Positions 45,410-54,961 of a DNA stretch of 64,000 nucleotides are shown one piece after another. Source of the stretch: Draconibacterium orientale (GTDB lineage Bacteria > Bacteroidota > Bacteroidia > Bacteroidales > FEN-979); the NCBI GenBank assembly GCA_020718225.1, contig DYSO01000001.1, forward strand, positions 10,968-74,967, read 5' to 3'. The notes below the pieces were generated by a model that was given only the letters and a program-made list of their open reading frames with translations, was not told the origin of the DNA and did not search any database. Positions within the stretch are counted from its first letter, which is position 1. Every line of letters begins with the position of its first letter. The position numbers and the translations under genes are program-made.

Positions 45410-46828
45410 ATGAGCAAACATCAGCAGCAGCAAGCATTATCGCCCGAAAAGTACATCCGGACCAGGGCACGGACCCTTTCCATCGGGACCTGTTATATCA
45501 ACTCAAACTGGCGGGAATCCGGCCTGGCCCTTGTATTTGTCAACCGTCGTCATATCAACGCCCATGTTACCCATGCAGCGTACGTTGTCGATCTGTATTG
45601 CCTGGGCCTGAAAGAGAGTTTCTGGACCTTTAACCAGGATCCCCTTGATTTCAAAGACTTCATGGAGCAACAGCAAAAAGAGAATCCGCAAGGGGTCCGT
45701 CTGATTAAAACAGAATACGGGCTGGTACATAATATTATCTATGGAGCCATTGAATATGCTGGGGAGTTGGGGTTTCTGCCGCATAAATCATTTGACACCA
45801 CAAAGTATGTGCTTGAAGAGGACGATGATCATGTTGAGTTCATCAAACTTACCTTCGGCTATAAAGGGAAACCCTTGTACATCTCGAGCCCTGGACAACC
45901 GGCAGAGAGGAATAGGGTACTGGCTCAACTTGAAAAAAACCCAGGTCGGGGCAAATATGAATATATCACCGAGGCGGATGCCCCTGTATTCTTCGAGAAT
46001 GCAGATAAAAAAGAACGGGAGGCTGCCAATTACCACGATCCTGAAGTCAAACAGGGTATTATTACCGACTTTATTGCCCGCACCGGCAATCCGGAACAAT
46101 TTATGCTTAATAAGGTAGAATTAATAGGTGAAATACTCCGGTTATCTGAGGCCATTTTTTATGAGTATATGAGGTCGGATGAAGAAATGGAAAAATCTTT
46201 TGAAACCATATCCGATTTGTTTGATTTCGAGATTACCGATGAGTCGTTTTCGGACGAGATGCTGCTTTGGAACAACCAGGCAGGAGAGAACCTTCCGGAG
46301 ATCAGAAGACAAGCAGAAAAGCTGCTCTTTATGTTAGAGGAAGGGCAGGTTACGGATGGGTTATGGCAATCAAAGGTGATGATGGATAAATATCCGGAAT
46401 TTCCCGTTTTCATCTATCTATACATGAGTTTCCTCGAGCAAAAGGATGGGCTCATCAAGCTATTGTCAAAGCTTGAAAAATTTACTATTCAATATCCCGA
46501 TTATCTGCCGCTGACATATTTATATGCTGTTTCCTTTCTGTTAAACAAACCGGAAGGAACATCCAGGCAAATCGATGATTCTTTTCATTTGAAGAATTTT
46601 TACCCGCACCGGAAAACCTTCTGCAAAGAAGAAGTCCTGGATTACGTTACCCTGTTGTCCATCAACTACAGCCATTCAGGGAAATTCGCATTGAACGAAG
46701 AGATAATCATGCACTTCGACAACTATTTTCCTGGGGTAATTCCCGAAAGCCAGATCCTCACCTTAAAACTTCAAAAGATCCCTCATGTCCTGGAATGGTG
46801 CAGGAAATGGATGGAGGAACAAAAATAA
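45410..46828 (+). CDS. hypothetical protein (472 aa), conserved-looking N-terminal domain plus helical C-terminal half
   Basis: Starts 3 nt after the helicase stop. N-terminal PEKYIRTRARTLSIGTCYINSNWRESGLALVFVNRRH...VVDLYCLGLKES...HNIIYGAIEYAGELGFLPHKSF recalls an uncharacterised domain seen in other phyla. No catalytic motif recognised. Confidence 0.6.
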   Translation: MSKHQQQQALSPEKYIRTRARTLSIGTCYINSNWRESGLALVFVNRRHINAHVTHAAYVVDLYCLGLKESFWTFNQDPLDFKDFMEQQQKENPQGVRLIKTEYGLVHNIIYGAIEYAGELGFLPHKSFDTTKYVLEEDDDHVEFIKLTFGYKGKPLYISSPGQPAERNRVLAQLEKNPGRGKYEYITEADAPVFFENADKKEREAANYHDPEVKQGIITDFIARTGNPEQFMLNKVELIGEILRLSEAIFYEYMRSDEEMEKSFETISDLFDFEITDESFSDEMLLWNNQAGENLPEIRRQAEKLLFMLEEGQVTDGLWQSKVMMDKYPEFPVFIYLYMSFLEQKDGLIKLLSKLEKFTIQYPDYLPLTYLYAVSFLLNKPEGTSRQIDDSFHLKNFYPHRKTFCKEEVLDYVTLLSINYSHSGKFALNEEIIMHFDNYFPGVIPESQILTLKLQKIPHVLEWCRKWMEEQK

Positions 46829-47125
46829 TCCACCGGACAAGCGACCAGGTAATCGTCTCTCCGGTACACAATTTCAGCAGCGCTTTGCTGACGGATTGCC
46901 CAAATGGGGACCCTGGAAATATTACGTCAAAGAGTTCATTAATTTCAAAGACGGCGAAGTAAAACATGGTAACCTGAAACCTCAGTCCCTCATTGAATAT
47001 ACCATAAATGTAAGGAGAAAACGAAGATTGTCAATAGCCGAATTGTAGTTTATTGTCATTCTAAACAGCTGACTGGAAAAGTCCCTGGAGTGAAGCTAAT
47101 CAACCCCCGGAACCATCAATAATCA

Positions 47126-47498
47126 TCAAATTTTTACCAACCAATCAAAACACCCTCTGCATATACTGAACAACGGGGTGTTGAAAAGAACCTGCTCAAA
47201 CGTCTCCGCAAATATGTTAGCCACGATCTGCTCATCAAGGTGGAATCGCCCTTGGAAGCTTCTTGTTGTTGACGTATTTGAGGACGATGAAGAACTTCTC
47301 GGGTTCAATATCTTCGAAGGTGACGATCTGGCTGATGTATCCGCACAAGCGAACGCAGGACCGGATCAGGGATTTGAACTCATTTTTCCGGTCGGGATCT
47401 TCGATTTCCTGCCATTTCTCCACCACGCGGTTCAGGACGGGCGGCAGCATCTCGTCTGATTCTCGTTCGTTGAAATACAGGCGGCAGAACTCATCCAT
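47126..47498 (-). pseudogene. type I restriction enzyme HsdR, C-terminal remnant (frameshifted)
   Basis: LNRVVEKWQEIEDPDRKNEFKSLIRSCVRLCGYISQIVTFEDIEPEKFFIVLKYVNNKKLPR matches the conserved HsdR C-terminal (DUF3387-type) helix pair. A second frame continues with HLDEQIVANIFAETFEQ. The helicase and nuclease domains (~850 aa) are absent. Confidence 0.55.
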
Positions 47499-47755
47499 GT
47501 ACGGATGAAAGTCCGAAGACCGATGTCTCAGGTCTGAACATGTACTACCTATTAGTACGATGACTGATTAAGAAGAAAATGACACCCTGAACTTCCGCAC
47601 GTAAACGAGTTGGTGGTAACTCGGGAAGATAATATCTAACCGTAAACTTTGGCAAAATTCCGTTTTTTAAATTGGATTGGAATCTGTTTATATATTATTG
47701 TTGCCAATACTCATAGGAATGGATGTCAAAAAAAATGAACATAAGAATTTACTGA

Positions 47756-48413
47756 ATGAAAAACCATGCGGGTCATGCAGGGTTTATCATTGCCGCAACA
47801 ACCGCTTTCGCCGGTTTTTTACTCCTGGGATGGCTGGATGCCAATGTCAAGCAAAAGATCAGGGCTGCCGAAACCCGCATAGACATCAACAAACAGGAAA
47901 TCGGAGCAATCAAAGGCGATTTTTCGGTATTTGATCCCGGTGCTGAATTTTATAACGAGAACCATCCTTACACGAATGACCTTGACATTTTCGGCAAAGG
48001 TTCTCTGTTTCAATGCCTGAACAAATCCACAACCATATTCGGTAAAAAACGGCTGGCGGAGTATTTGAACAATGCTTACCAGCTCAGGAACGAAATACCG
48101 GGACGGCAGGAAGCCATCAGGGAACGCTCCGGGAAAATTGATTTCAGGCAGGAGTTTCAACGTATCTTTTTTAAACAATCCGCGGATAAGGATGATCTTC
48201 CGGCGATTGGCAGCTTTTTCATTCAACCACCCGGAATTTGTCTTCCCGGAATTACATACAGGAGAATATCTGATTAAGGCTAAGAAGATCGGGCATCCGT
48301 TGATACCTGTCGAAATCTGTGTGACCAATGACTCCCTGGTCAGGGCTGAAATACAACGTGGTTGGACTATTTTGAATGATTCAAAACACAGGATGCAGGA
48401 TGAGAAGCAGTGA
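47756..48413 (+). pseudogene. MutS-family (membrane-anchored MutS-related) gene remnant
   Basis: A TM helix, then HPYTNDLDIFGKGSLFQCLNKSTTIFGKKRLAEYL (MutS core-domain pattern). A second frame gives AKKIGHPLIPVEICVTND (the segment just before the ATPase), followed by a stop. The middle and the ATPase domain are missing. Confidence 0.6.
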
Positions 48414-48426
48414 GCGGGAATAATGG

Positions 48427-49836
48427 TTATTCAGCGGGTTTCCCGGTTTTTTGAAAGAGGATCAGAAAAACTGTCGAAACCAAAATGGAGAGGATGGCCA
48501 GATCGGCATTGTCCTTAAAAAACTCAAAAGGATGTTGCTGGAAAGTTGCAATCACAAGAAGGACAATAATATAAGCCGATCCGCTGATAAAACTTGCCAT
48601 GGCGGCCACGGGTTTGATGTTCCAGTGAAAAGAGGCAACCGCCGCCGGAATGATGGTAAAACCCAAACCGGTTATAAATACGATAACGGCCACCAGGTCG
48701 CGGAGAAAAAATGCGCCTGAAAAACTCAGGACTGTAAAAAGAACAATCCCGATCCTGGTAATCTTCATGCGGCGTTTATCATCCGACTTTTTACCCGAAA
48801 GTTTATCAAACCAGTCAACAGCAACCGAGGAGGCCAGAACAAATATCTGGGTATCGGCCGAACTCATGATGGCGGCGAAAATGAGGACCAATGCAATTCC
48901 CAGCAATTTTTCAGGCATCAGCAGGGTCAATCCCTCCGCAAAAGCATCTTTGGCTTCAATACCCTGAATATGAATATGTGCCGCTAACCCGACCAGGGTA
49001 ATGGCCATCCCTGTCAGGATGGTGAAAAGAGCAGATAAAATAAAACCCGACCTGACAACCTGGTCTGATTTTGCCCCATAAACACGTTGCCAGTATTCGG
49101 CGCTTTGAAAAATGATCAATACCCCGAAAGCCAGAAAAGCAATGGTCATACCTACATCCATCCTGGAAAAATCCAACAGCTCCATGGCAATCTCACTCCG
49201 GTCGCCAACCATCACCATCCCGAGTACAACAATCATCACCAGGATCACCATGTATTGAAAAATATCCGTGCGTATCACACTCCGGAACCCACCGGCCAAC
49301 AGGTAAATGGCTATGATAGAACTCGAAATAAGAAGCCCTGTTTCGTACGACCATCCGCTGATATTGGCCAGGATGCTGCTGCCCGCAATAAATTGGTTCA
49401 GCAGCATCCCGGAATAAACCGTTAAAAGAATCACCGCTGAAGCCAAACCCACGGTTTTTCCCATTTTAAAGGTGAACCAGTCCGACAGGGTATAAAATGC
49501 TTTTTGGCCACTGAATTTCCGGAGCTTCATCGCATAGGGTATAAAAACGATAAACCCGATGGCCGTACCAATAAAAACCGCAACGGCCGAAATACCAAAC
49601 CGGTAAACATAGGCCGTATAAGCGACCAGCGCCGCCCCACCGATATAACTGGCCACAACCGAGGTGACAAATCCGATAATCCCGATTTTTCGCCCGGCTA
49701 TCATAAAATCAGAATCGGTTTTCCGGTGAGAGGCATGCAACCCGATACCCAGACAAATCAGCGCATACAGAATAAGAAGGAAAATATCAAACAGACATAA
49801 TTTGCTGCCGGGCAAGTCAAAGAATAATGAATCCAT
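48427..49836 (-). CDS. sodium:solute symporter (SSF) family transporter
   Basis: 469 aa with ~13 hydrophobic segments. GGFRSVIRTDIFQY is an SSF-like signature. Substrate unknown. Confidence 0.75.
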   Translation of the reverse strand: MDSLFFDLPGSKLCLFDIFLLILYALICLGIGLHASHRKTDSDFMIAGRKIGIIGFVTSVVASYIGGAALVAYTAYVYRFGISAVAVFIGTAIGFIVFIPYAMKLRKFSGQKAFYTLSDWFTFKMGKTVGLASAVILLTVYSGMLLNQFIAGSSILANISGWSYETGLLISSSIIAIYLLAGGFRSVIRTDIFQYMVILVMIVVLGMVMVGDRSEIAMELLDFSRMDVGMTIAFLAFGVLIIFQSAEYWQRVYGAKSDQVVRSGFILSALFTILTGMAITLVGLAAHIHIQGIEAKDAFAEGLTLLMPEKLLGIALVLIFAAIMSSADTQIFVLASSVAVDWFDKLSGKKSDDKRRMKITRIGIVLFTVLSFSGAFFLRDLVAVIVFITGLGFTIIPAAVASFHWNIKPVAAMASFISGSAYIIVLLVIATFQQHPFEFFKDNADLAILSILVSTVFLILFQKTGKPAE

Positions 49837-50857
49837 CCGAAACCGATTTTTTCCTGATCAGAAACAAAAAGAGAGCCGTAACAACAGCGCTTAAAAGGAT
49901 AATCCAACAATTATTGGTAGCGCCAAAATGTTCATAATCCAGGTCCGCCACTCCGTGTTGACCGAGAAAAGAGACCACTACTGCCGCTCCGTTGTTCAGG
50001 AAATGGGCAACAACCGGAACCCAGAGGGAACCACTCCAGTAAAACAAATATCCGAAAAGAAGTCCCAACATGAACCTGGGAAGAAATCCATAAAACTGAA
50101 GATGCATCGCCGCAAATAGAAAAGCGGTGATAAAAATGGCAATATGGATGTTTTTTATCCAATCACCCAACAACCGTTGCAACACCCCGCGAAATAAAAA
50201 CTCTTCGCCAATGGCAGGCAGTATGGCAATCATCAGTAAATTAAAAAGAAAACTTCCGGTATCGGGCATTTTCATGAACATCTCCGTCAGCAGGGCCGCC
50301 TGGTCTTCGGTTTTTCGCATCCAGGATTCAATATCAGATAAAAATCCGGGCAGTTTCATCATTTCATTCACGGAAACCATCCAGTTGATCAGGGGCAACA
50401 TTGAAAACATAATGATCGCAACGAAAGCGTAAACCATCCCGTTCGAAAACCGGTCGGCCTTCAGGAACCCAAGGGTATTGTTTTCAAAAAGGTAACCGGC
50501 CAGTAACGTGGGTACGATAAAGAGCCCGATGGACTGGATTACCTGAAAGTATTGCAGTATCCGGAGTGTTTGTGCCCCCTCGATATCGGTAAGGGACCCG
50601 AGGATCTCCTCTATCCCGGTACCCAACAGGGGCCCGGCAAGAAGCAACCCGGTAAGAAAAGTTAGGGAAAAACCGGCAATGACCAGAAGGATAAAAAAAA
50701 GCAATCGGGTAAAGGGTGTCAGACTATAAAGAAGCGGAGTTTTTAAAGAATTCAAGGTTTTTGAATAATTTTGGACAAAATTAAACAATTTGTCAAGAAT
50801 CGGAAACAGAGAGGTTGGCCCCTTCCCGCTTTTTCTGGCCCCCATGGAAGATATCAC
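49817..50857 (-). CDS. CPBP-family intramembrane glutamic endopeptidase (CAAX protease-like)
   Basis: Motifs EEFLFRGVLQ, FAAMH and HFLNN in a polytopic membrane protein. The first ATG overlaps the dusB start by 68 nt, so the true start may be an internal TTG. Confidence 0.8.
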   Translation of the reverse strand: MISSMGARKSGKGPTSLFPILDKLFNFVQNYSKTLNSLKTPLLYSLTPFTRLLFFILLVIAGFSLTFLTGLLLAGPLLGTGIEEILGSLTDIEGAQTLRILQYFQVIQSIGLFIVPTLLAGYLFENNTLGFLKADRFSNGMVYAFVAIIMFSMLPLINWMVSVNEMMKLPGFLSDIESWMRKTEDQAALLTEMFMKMPDTGSFLFNLLMIAILPAIGEEFLFRGVLQRLLGDWIKNIHIAIFITAFLFAAMHLQFYGFLPRFMLGLLFGYLFYWSGSLWVPVVAHFLNNGAAVVVSFLGQHGVADLDYEHFGATNNCWIILLSAVVTALFLFLIRKKSVSDGFIIL

Positions 50858-51758
50858 CGACTCCTCCTTCCGTTCAATATGTAAGTTGTTCGGGGCCGAC
50901 GTACTGATCAGTGAATTTATTTCAGCCGAAGGGTTGATCCGGGATGCCGAAAAAAGCCGGATTAAAATAGAATTTGAGGAGATGGAACGTCCATTTGGGA
51001 TTCAAATCTTCGGAAACAATACAGATTCAATGAAACAAGCGGCTCAAGTGGCAGAAAGGGCCAACCCCGATTTCATCGATTTGAATTTTGGTTGTCCTGT
51101 CCGGAAAATCGTTATGAAAGGCGGCGGTGCGGCGCTGTTACAGGATATTCCAAAAATGGTACAGATGACTGAAGCCGTCGTGAAGACAACCCGTTTGCCG
51201 GTTACCGTAAAAACCCGTCTGGGATGGGACGAAGCGCATAAGGATATTGTTGATATCGCCGAACGGTTACAGGATGCAGGGGTGAGCGCCATCGGTATTC
51301 ACGGGCGGACCCGGTCACAACTATATGGTGGCGCTGCCGACTGGACCCTGATCGGAGCAGTAAAAAACAATCCACGGATGAAAATTCCCATTTGGGGCAA
51401 CGGAGATGTTGATTCGGGGATAAAAGCCGAAAAAATGAAGAGACAGTATGGCATCGATGGCATCATGATTGGCCGGGCAGCAATGGGAAACCCTTGGATT
51501 TTCAGAGAAATCCGTCATTGGCTTGATTGTCATGAAACATTATCCCCTCCCACGGTTGGCGAAAGGATCGCTGTTTTGAAAAACCACATCCGGAAATCGA
51601 TCCGGATCAAAGGGGAACGGATCGCATTACTGGAACTTCGCCGGTTGTATGCCGGATATTTCAAAGGAGTGCCCGATTTCAAAAAAATCAGGATGCAACT
51701 GGTCACCGCCGATACTTTCGGTGAAATTGACCAGGTACTGGCCGATATTTCCAATTAA
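50790..51758 (+). CDS. dusB: tRNA-dihydrouridine synthase B
   Basis: LAPMEDITDSSFR, IDLNFGCPVRK, VTVKTRLGWD and GIHGRT. Confidence 0.92.
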   Translation: MSRIGNREVGPFPLFLAPMEDITDSSFRSICKLFGADVLISEFISAEGLIRDAEKSRIKIEFEEMERPFGIQIFGNNTDSMKQAAQVAERANPDFIDLNFGCPVRKIVMKGGGAALLQDIPKMVQMTEAVVKTTRLPVTVKTRLGWDEAHKDIVDIAERLQDAGVSAIGIHGRTRSQLYGGAADWTLIGAVKNNPRMKIPIWGNGDVDSGIKAEKMKRQYGIDGIMIGRAAMGNPWIFREIRHWLDCHETLSPPTVGERIAVLKNHIRKSIRIKGERIALLELRRLYAGYFKGVPDFKKIRMQLVTADTFGEIDQVLADISN

Positions 51759-52495
51759 AACCGACGCTCCATCAACTCCGATAATTTTTTAAATGCATCA
51801 GAGCCGGTATCCCAGTAATTTTTCTTCACCATATTTTCAAGATATTCAGAGGCATGGGTCCGATTGGTAAAACCACTGAGCATTTCAATGGTTTCATTAT
51901 ATTCCCGTAAATTGCCATCGAATAATTCGTTGATAAACATAAATTTTTCATTGATGGAGATGATGCTTTTCAGGTTATCGGTACGGGTATTTGGTGATTT
52001 GGGCCCCAGCGATTTTTCGCGGGCCTCTTTGAGTTTAATGCTGAAAACCGGTTCTTCTGCGGCGAAAAGGTCTATTTCGTCCGGTTTGATAGTTTTCCTG
52101 GGGGGTGGCGGATTTTCTTTCCGGAGTATTCCCCTGGGCCCGGAGTCCGGTGAGGGAGCCTCGCCTGCTGAAACCGGAGGCTTTTCGTACTTTACGGTAA
52201 CATCAGGGGATAAAACCGGTTTGGATGGCGCCGGGTGAACAGGCCCGGCCGCCTTTTGTTCCCTGACAACAACGGGCTCCGTGAAACGGGATGCGGGTTT
52301 TGCCCCGGGTTCCGGCAGGTGTTCATCCAACCGCTGTAACAAACGCATATTCTCGTAAAACTTACGAAGATTATCCATCAGGATATCAAATTCAATCCGG
52401 GGAACTTTTTCTTCATAATTTTTCAGGGTTTCATATTGTTCGTTGATGGCTTCCAGCAACCATTGAAGTTCATCTTTAATAATCTTTTTATTCAT
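51755..52495 (-). CDS. hypothetical protein with proline-rich linker
   Basis: ORF. Start taken at ATG 52495 (MNKKIIKDELQWLLEAINEQ). Helical N- and C-terminal parts are separated by a P/A/K-rich segment. No family recognised. Confidence 0.5.
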   Translation of the reverse strand: MNKKIIKDELQWLLEAINEQYETLKNYEEKVPRIEFDILMDNLRKFYENMRLLQRLDEHLPEPGAKPASRFTEPVVVREQKAAGPVHPAPSKPVLSPDVTVKYEKPPVSAGEAPSPDSGPRGILRKENPPPPRKTIKPDEIDLFAAEEPVFSIKLKEAREKSLGPKSPNTRTDNLKSIISINEKFMFINELFDGNLREYNETIEMLSGFTNRTHASEYLENMVKKNYWDTGSDAFKKLSELMERRF

Positions 52496-52527
52496 AATGC
52501 CCGGTTTTTCAGTAAAGGGGAAATTTG

Positions 52528-52535
52528 TACTTTTG
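52528..52535 (+). promoter_or_regulatory. TAnnTTTG -7 box upstream of tdk
   Basis: tacttttg lies 41 nt upstream of ATG 52577. Confidence 0.4.
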
Positions 52536-52576
52536 CCACGATTTAAGGTATAAAGATACAAAACATCGACAACCCC

Positions 52577-53158
52577 ATGCAGATTGAAAAAAATAATCCG
52601 GTTGACCGGCTGGGATGGATTGAAGTCATTTGCGGATCGATGTTTTCAGGTAAAACCGAAGAACTTATCCGGCGCCTCAAACGGGCACGGATTGCCCGCC
52701 AGAAAGTGGAGATTTTTAAACCCGGGATTGATACCCGTTACGATGAACAAAATGTGGTATCGCACGATGAGAATTACATTCCGTCAACCCCGGTACAATC
52801 GGCATCCCAGATTCTTTTATTGACCAACGATGTGAACGTGGTTGGTATTGATGAGGCCCAGTTTTTCGACAACGAATTGCCCGCTGTTTGCAACACCCTG
52901 GCAAGCAACGGGATCAGAGTCATTGTTGCAGGCCTCGACATGGATTATCTCGGGAAGCCTTTTGGCCCGATGCCAGCATTGATGTCCATAGCCGAAGATG
53001 TTACAAAAGTCCACGCAATTTGTATGCAATGCGGCGATCTGGCCCAATATACCTACCGGATGGTCAAAGACGACCACCTCGTAATGCTGGGTGAAGCCGA
53101 ATCGTATGAACCACTATGCCGAAAGTGTTACCAGGAAAAAATGAAAAATCAGGGCTGA
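52577..53158 (+). CDS. tdk: thymidine kinase
   Basis: [22 protein letters not shown] and the zinc ribbon CMQCG...CRKC. Confidence 0.95.
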   Translation: MQIEKNNPVDRLGWIEVICGSMFSGKTEELIRRLKRARIARQKVEIFKPGIDTRYDEQNVVSHDENYIPSTPVQSASQILLLTNDVNVVGIDEAQFFDNELPAVCNTLASNGIRVIVAGLDMDYLGKPFGPMPALMSIAEDVTKVHAICMQCGDLAQYTYRMVKDDHLVMLGEAESYEPLCRKCYQEKMKNQG

Positions 53159-53238
53159 TAAACCACCACGAAATTGGTTTTATCCATCCATTGCAAAGGC
53201 TTCAAACCGGCTGTAGAAAAACAGATCATTTTTTTTCT

Positions 53239-53246
53239 TACTTTTG
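53239..53246 (+). promoter_or_regulatory. TAnnTTTG -7 box upstream of the cyclophilin gene
   Basis: tacttttg lies 20 nt upstream of ATG 53267. Confidence 0.4.
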
Positions 53247-53266
53247 TTCCATAAAAATCCATCGCT

Positions 53267-53917
53267 ATGAAAAGATTCGTATTTGCACTATTGGCTGCCG
53301 TTTTTATCTTTCATTTTTCATTAATGTCTCAACCCAAAACCCAACAAAAAGTGGTAAAATTTGTAATCCATACCGATTTAGGTGACATGAAGGGTATTTT
53401 GTACAACGAAACCCCAAAGCACCGCGATAATTTCGTTAAGCTTGTCAATTCCGGTTTTTATAACGGCCTGTTGTTCCACCGTGTGATCAGCGGATTTATG
53501 ATTCAGGGCGGCGACCCCGATTCAAAAAATGCCAAACCCGGACAACTTCTCGGTTCGGGCGGCCCTGGATACACCGTACCGGCAGAATTCAACAAAGAAT
53601 TTATTCATAAAAAAGGGGCGCTGTCCGCTGCCCGTCAGTCTGATCAGGAAAATCCGGCCAAAGCTTCTTCGGGTTCCCAATTTTATGTTGTTCAGGGGAA
53701 AAAGATACCTGCCTCCCAACTTGGGGCAAATTATTCAGCCGAACAGAAAAAAAAATATGAAACCATCGGGGGAACGCCCTTTCTTGATGGACAATACACT
53801 GTTTTTGGAGAAATTACCGAAGGGCTTGATGTCATTGATAAAATTGCCGTTGTTCAAAAGGACAGTTACGACCGGCCTATAACCGATATCAAAATGACCG
53901 TGAAAATTGTTAAATAG
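53267..53917 (+). CDS. peptidyl-prolyl cis-trans isomerase, cyclophilin type (secreted)
   Basis: Signal peptide, then FHRVISGFMIQGGDP, GSQFYV and TVFGEITEGLDVIDKI. Confidence 0.93.
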   Translation: MKRFVFALLAAVFIFHFSLMSQPKTQQKVVKFVIHTDLGDMKGILYNETPKHRDNFVKLVNSGFYNGLLFHRVISGFMIQGGDPDSKNAKPGQLLGSGGPGYTVPAEFNKEFIHKKGALSAARQSDQENPAKASSGSQFYVVQGKKIPASQLGANYSAEQKKKYETIGGTPFLDGQYTVFGEITEGLDVIDKIAVVQKDSYDRPITDIKMTVKIVK

Positions 53918-53941
53918 AATAACACTTTTTGCGCCGGAAAA

Positions 53942-54961
53942 ATGATCGAAAAGATCCATCATCTTCTTAAAGAAATCAGCGAAGTCACTGCCCACAACCG
54001 GGAGGAAGTGGAACAGCTCCGGCTGAAATACCTGAGTAAAAGAGGGTTGGTTTCTGTTTTATTCGACGATTTCCGGTCGGTCCCTGCCGAAAACAAACGC
54101 CAAGTCGGACAACAACTGAATGAATTGAAAAACCGTGTCCAGGAGAAAATCGATTCTTTAAAAGCCACATTCGAAACAACGGATGAAAAACCGCCCCAGC
54201 CTTCGGATCTTACCCGTCCTGTTTCCGGGGTTCCCGGCACACGTCATCCGCTGTCGATTGTACGAAACCAGATTATCGATATTTTCGGCCGGATCGGTTA
54301 TTCGGTAACCGTTGGACCGGAAATTGAGGATGACTGGCATAATTTTTCGGCCTTGAATTTCCCCCCGGAACACCCCGCACGCGACATGCAGGATACTTTT
54401 TTTATTGCCAGGGATCCCGAAATCCTTTTACGTACCCATACCTCTTCGGTTCAAATACGGACAATGGAGCAAAACCAACCCCCCATCCGGATGATTTTCC
54501 CGGGGATGGTATTCCGTAATGAAGCAATTTCGGCCCGTGCCCATTGTATTTTCCATCAGGTGGAAGGTCTCTACATTGATAAAGATGTTTCGTTTGCCGA
54601 CCTGAAGCAAACGCTGATGTACTTTGCAAAAGAGATGTTTGGCGAAAAGACAAAAATCCGCCTGCGCCCCTCTTATTTTCCTTTTACCGAACCATCGGGC
54701 GAAATGGATGTAAGTTGCAATATTTGTGGCGGGGTTGGTTGCAACATCTGTAAACACACCGGTTGGGTTGAAATATTAGGCTGCGGGATGGTTGATCCCA
54801 GTGTGTTGGAAAATTGCGGTATCGACAGTAAAATTTACACCGGTTTTGCTTTTGGGATGGGGATTGAACGGATCACCATGTTGAAATACCAAATCAGGGA
54901 CTTGCGGTTGTTTTTTGAAAACGACGTGCGGTTTCTAAAACAATTTACTGGGGCCCTGTAA
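53942..54961 (+). CDS. pheS: phenylalanine--tRNA ligase alpha subunit
   Basis: HPARDMQDTFF, FPGMVFRNE (motif 2) and GFAFGMGIERI (motif 3). Confidence 0.96.
   Translation: MIEKIHHLLKEISEVTAHNREEVEQLRLKYLSKRGLVSVLFDDFRSVPAENKRQVGQQLNELKNRVQEKIDSLKATFETTDEKPPQPSDLTRPVSGVPGTRHPLSIVRNQIIDIFGRIGYSVTVGPEIEDDWHNFSALNFPPEHPARDMQDTFFIARDPEILLRTHTSSVQIRTMEQNQPPIRMIFPGMVFRNEAISARAHCIFHQVEGLYIDKDVSFADLKQTLMYFAKEMFGEKTKIRLRPSYFPFTEPSGEMDVSCNICGGVGCNICKHTGWVEILGCGMVDPSVLENCGIDSKIYTGFAFGMGIERITMLKYQIRDLRLFFENDVRFLKQFTGAL

Noticed and set aside
46785-47048. 87-aa ORF overlapping the end of the 472-aa gene; GPWKYYVKEFINFKDGEVKHGNLKP faintly resembles MORN/YwqK-type repeats
   Set aside because: Only one weak repeat-like segment is present. 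The start overlaps a better-supported gene in another frame. The evidence is insufficient to call a gene or a pseudogene.
23627-48413. Searched for a direct repeat of the tRNA-Ser 3' end that would delimit an integrated island
   Set aside because: I found only an 8-bp coincidence (tcgaatcc, inside the esterase pseudogene near 31820). No convincing att repeat was found, so the island boundaries remain undefined.
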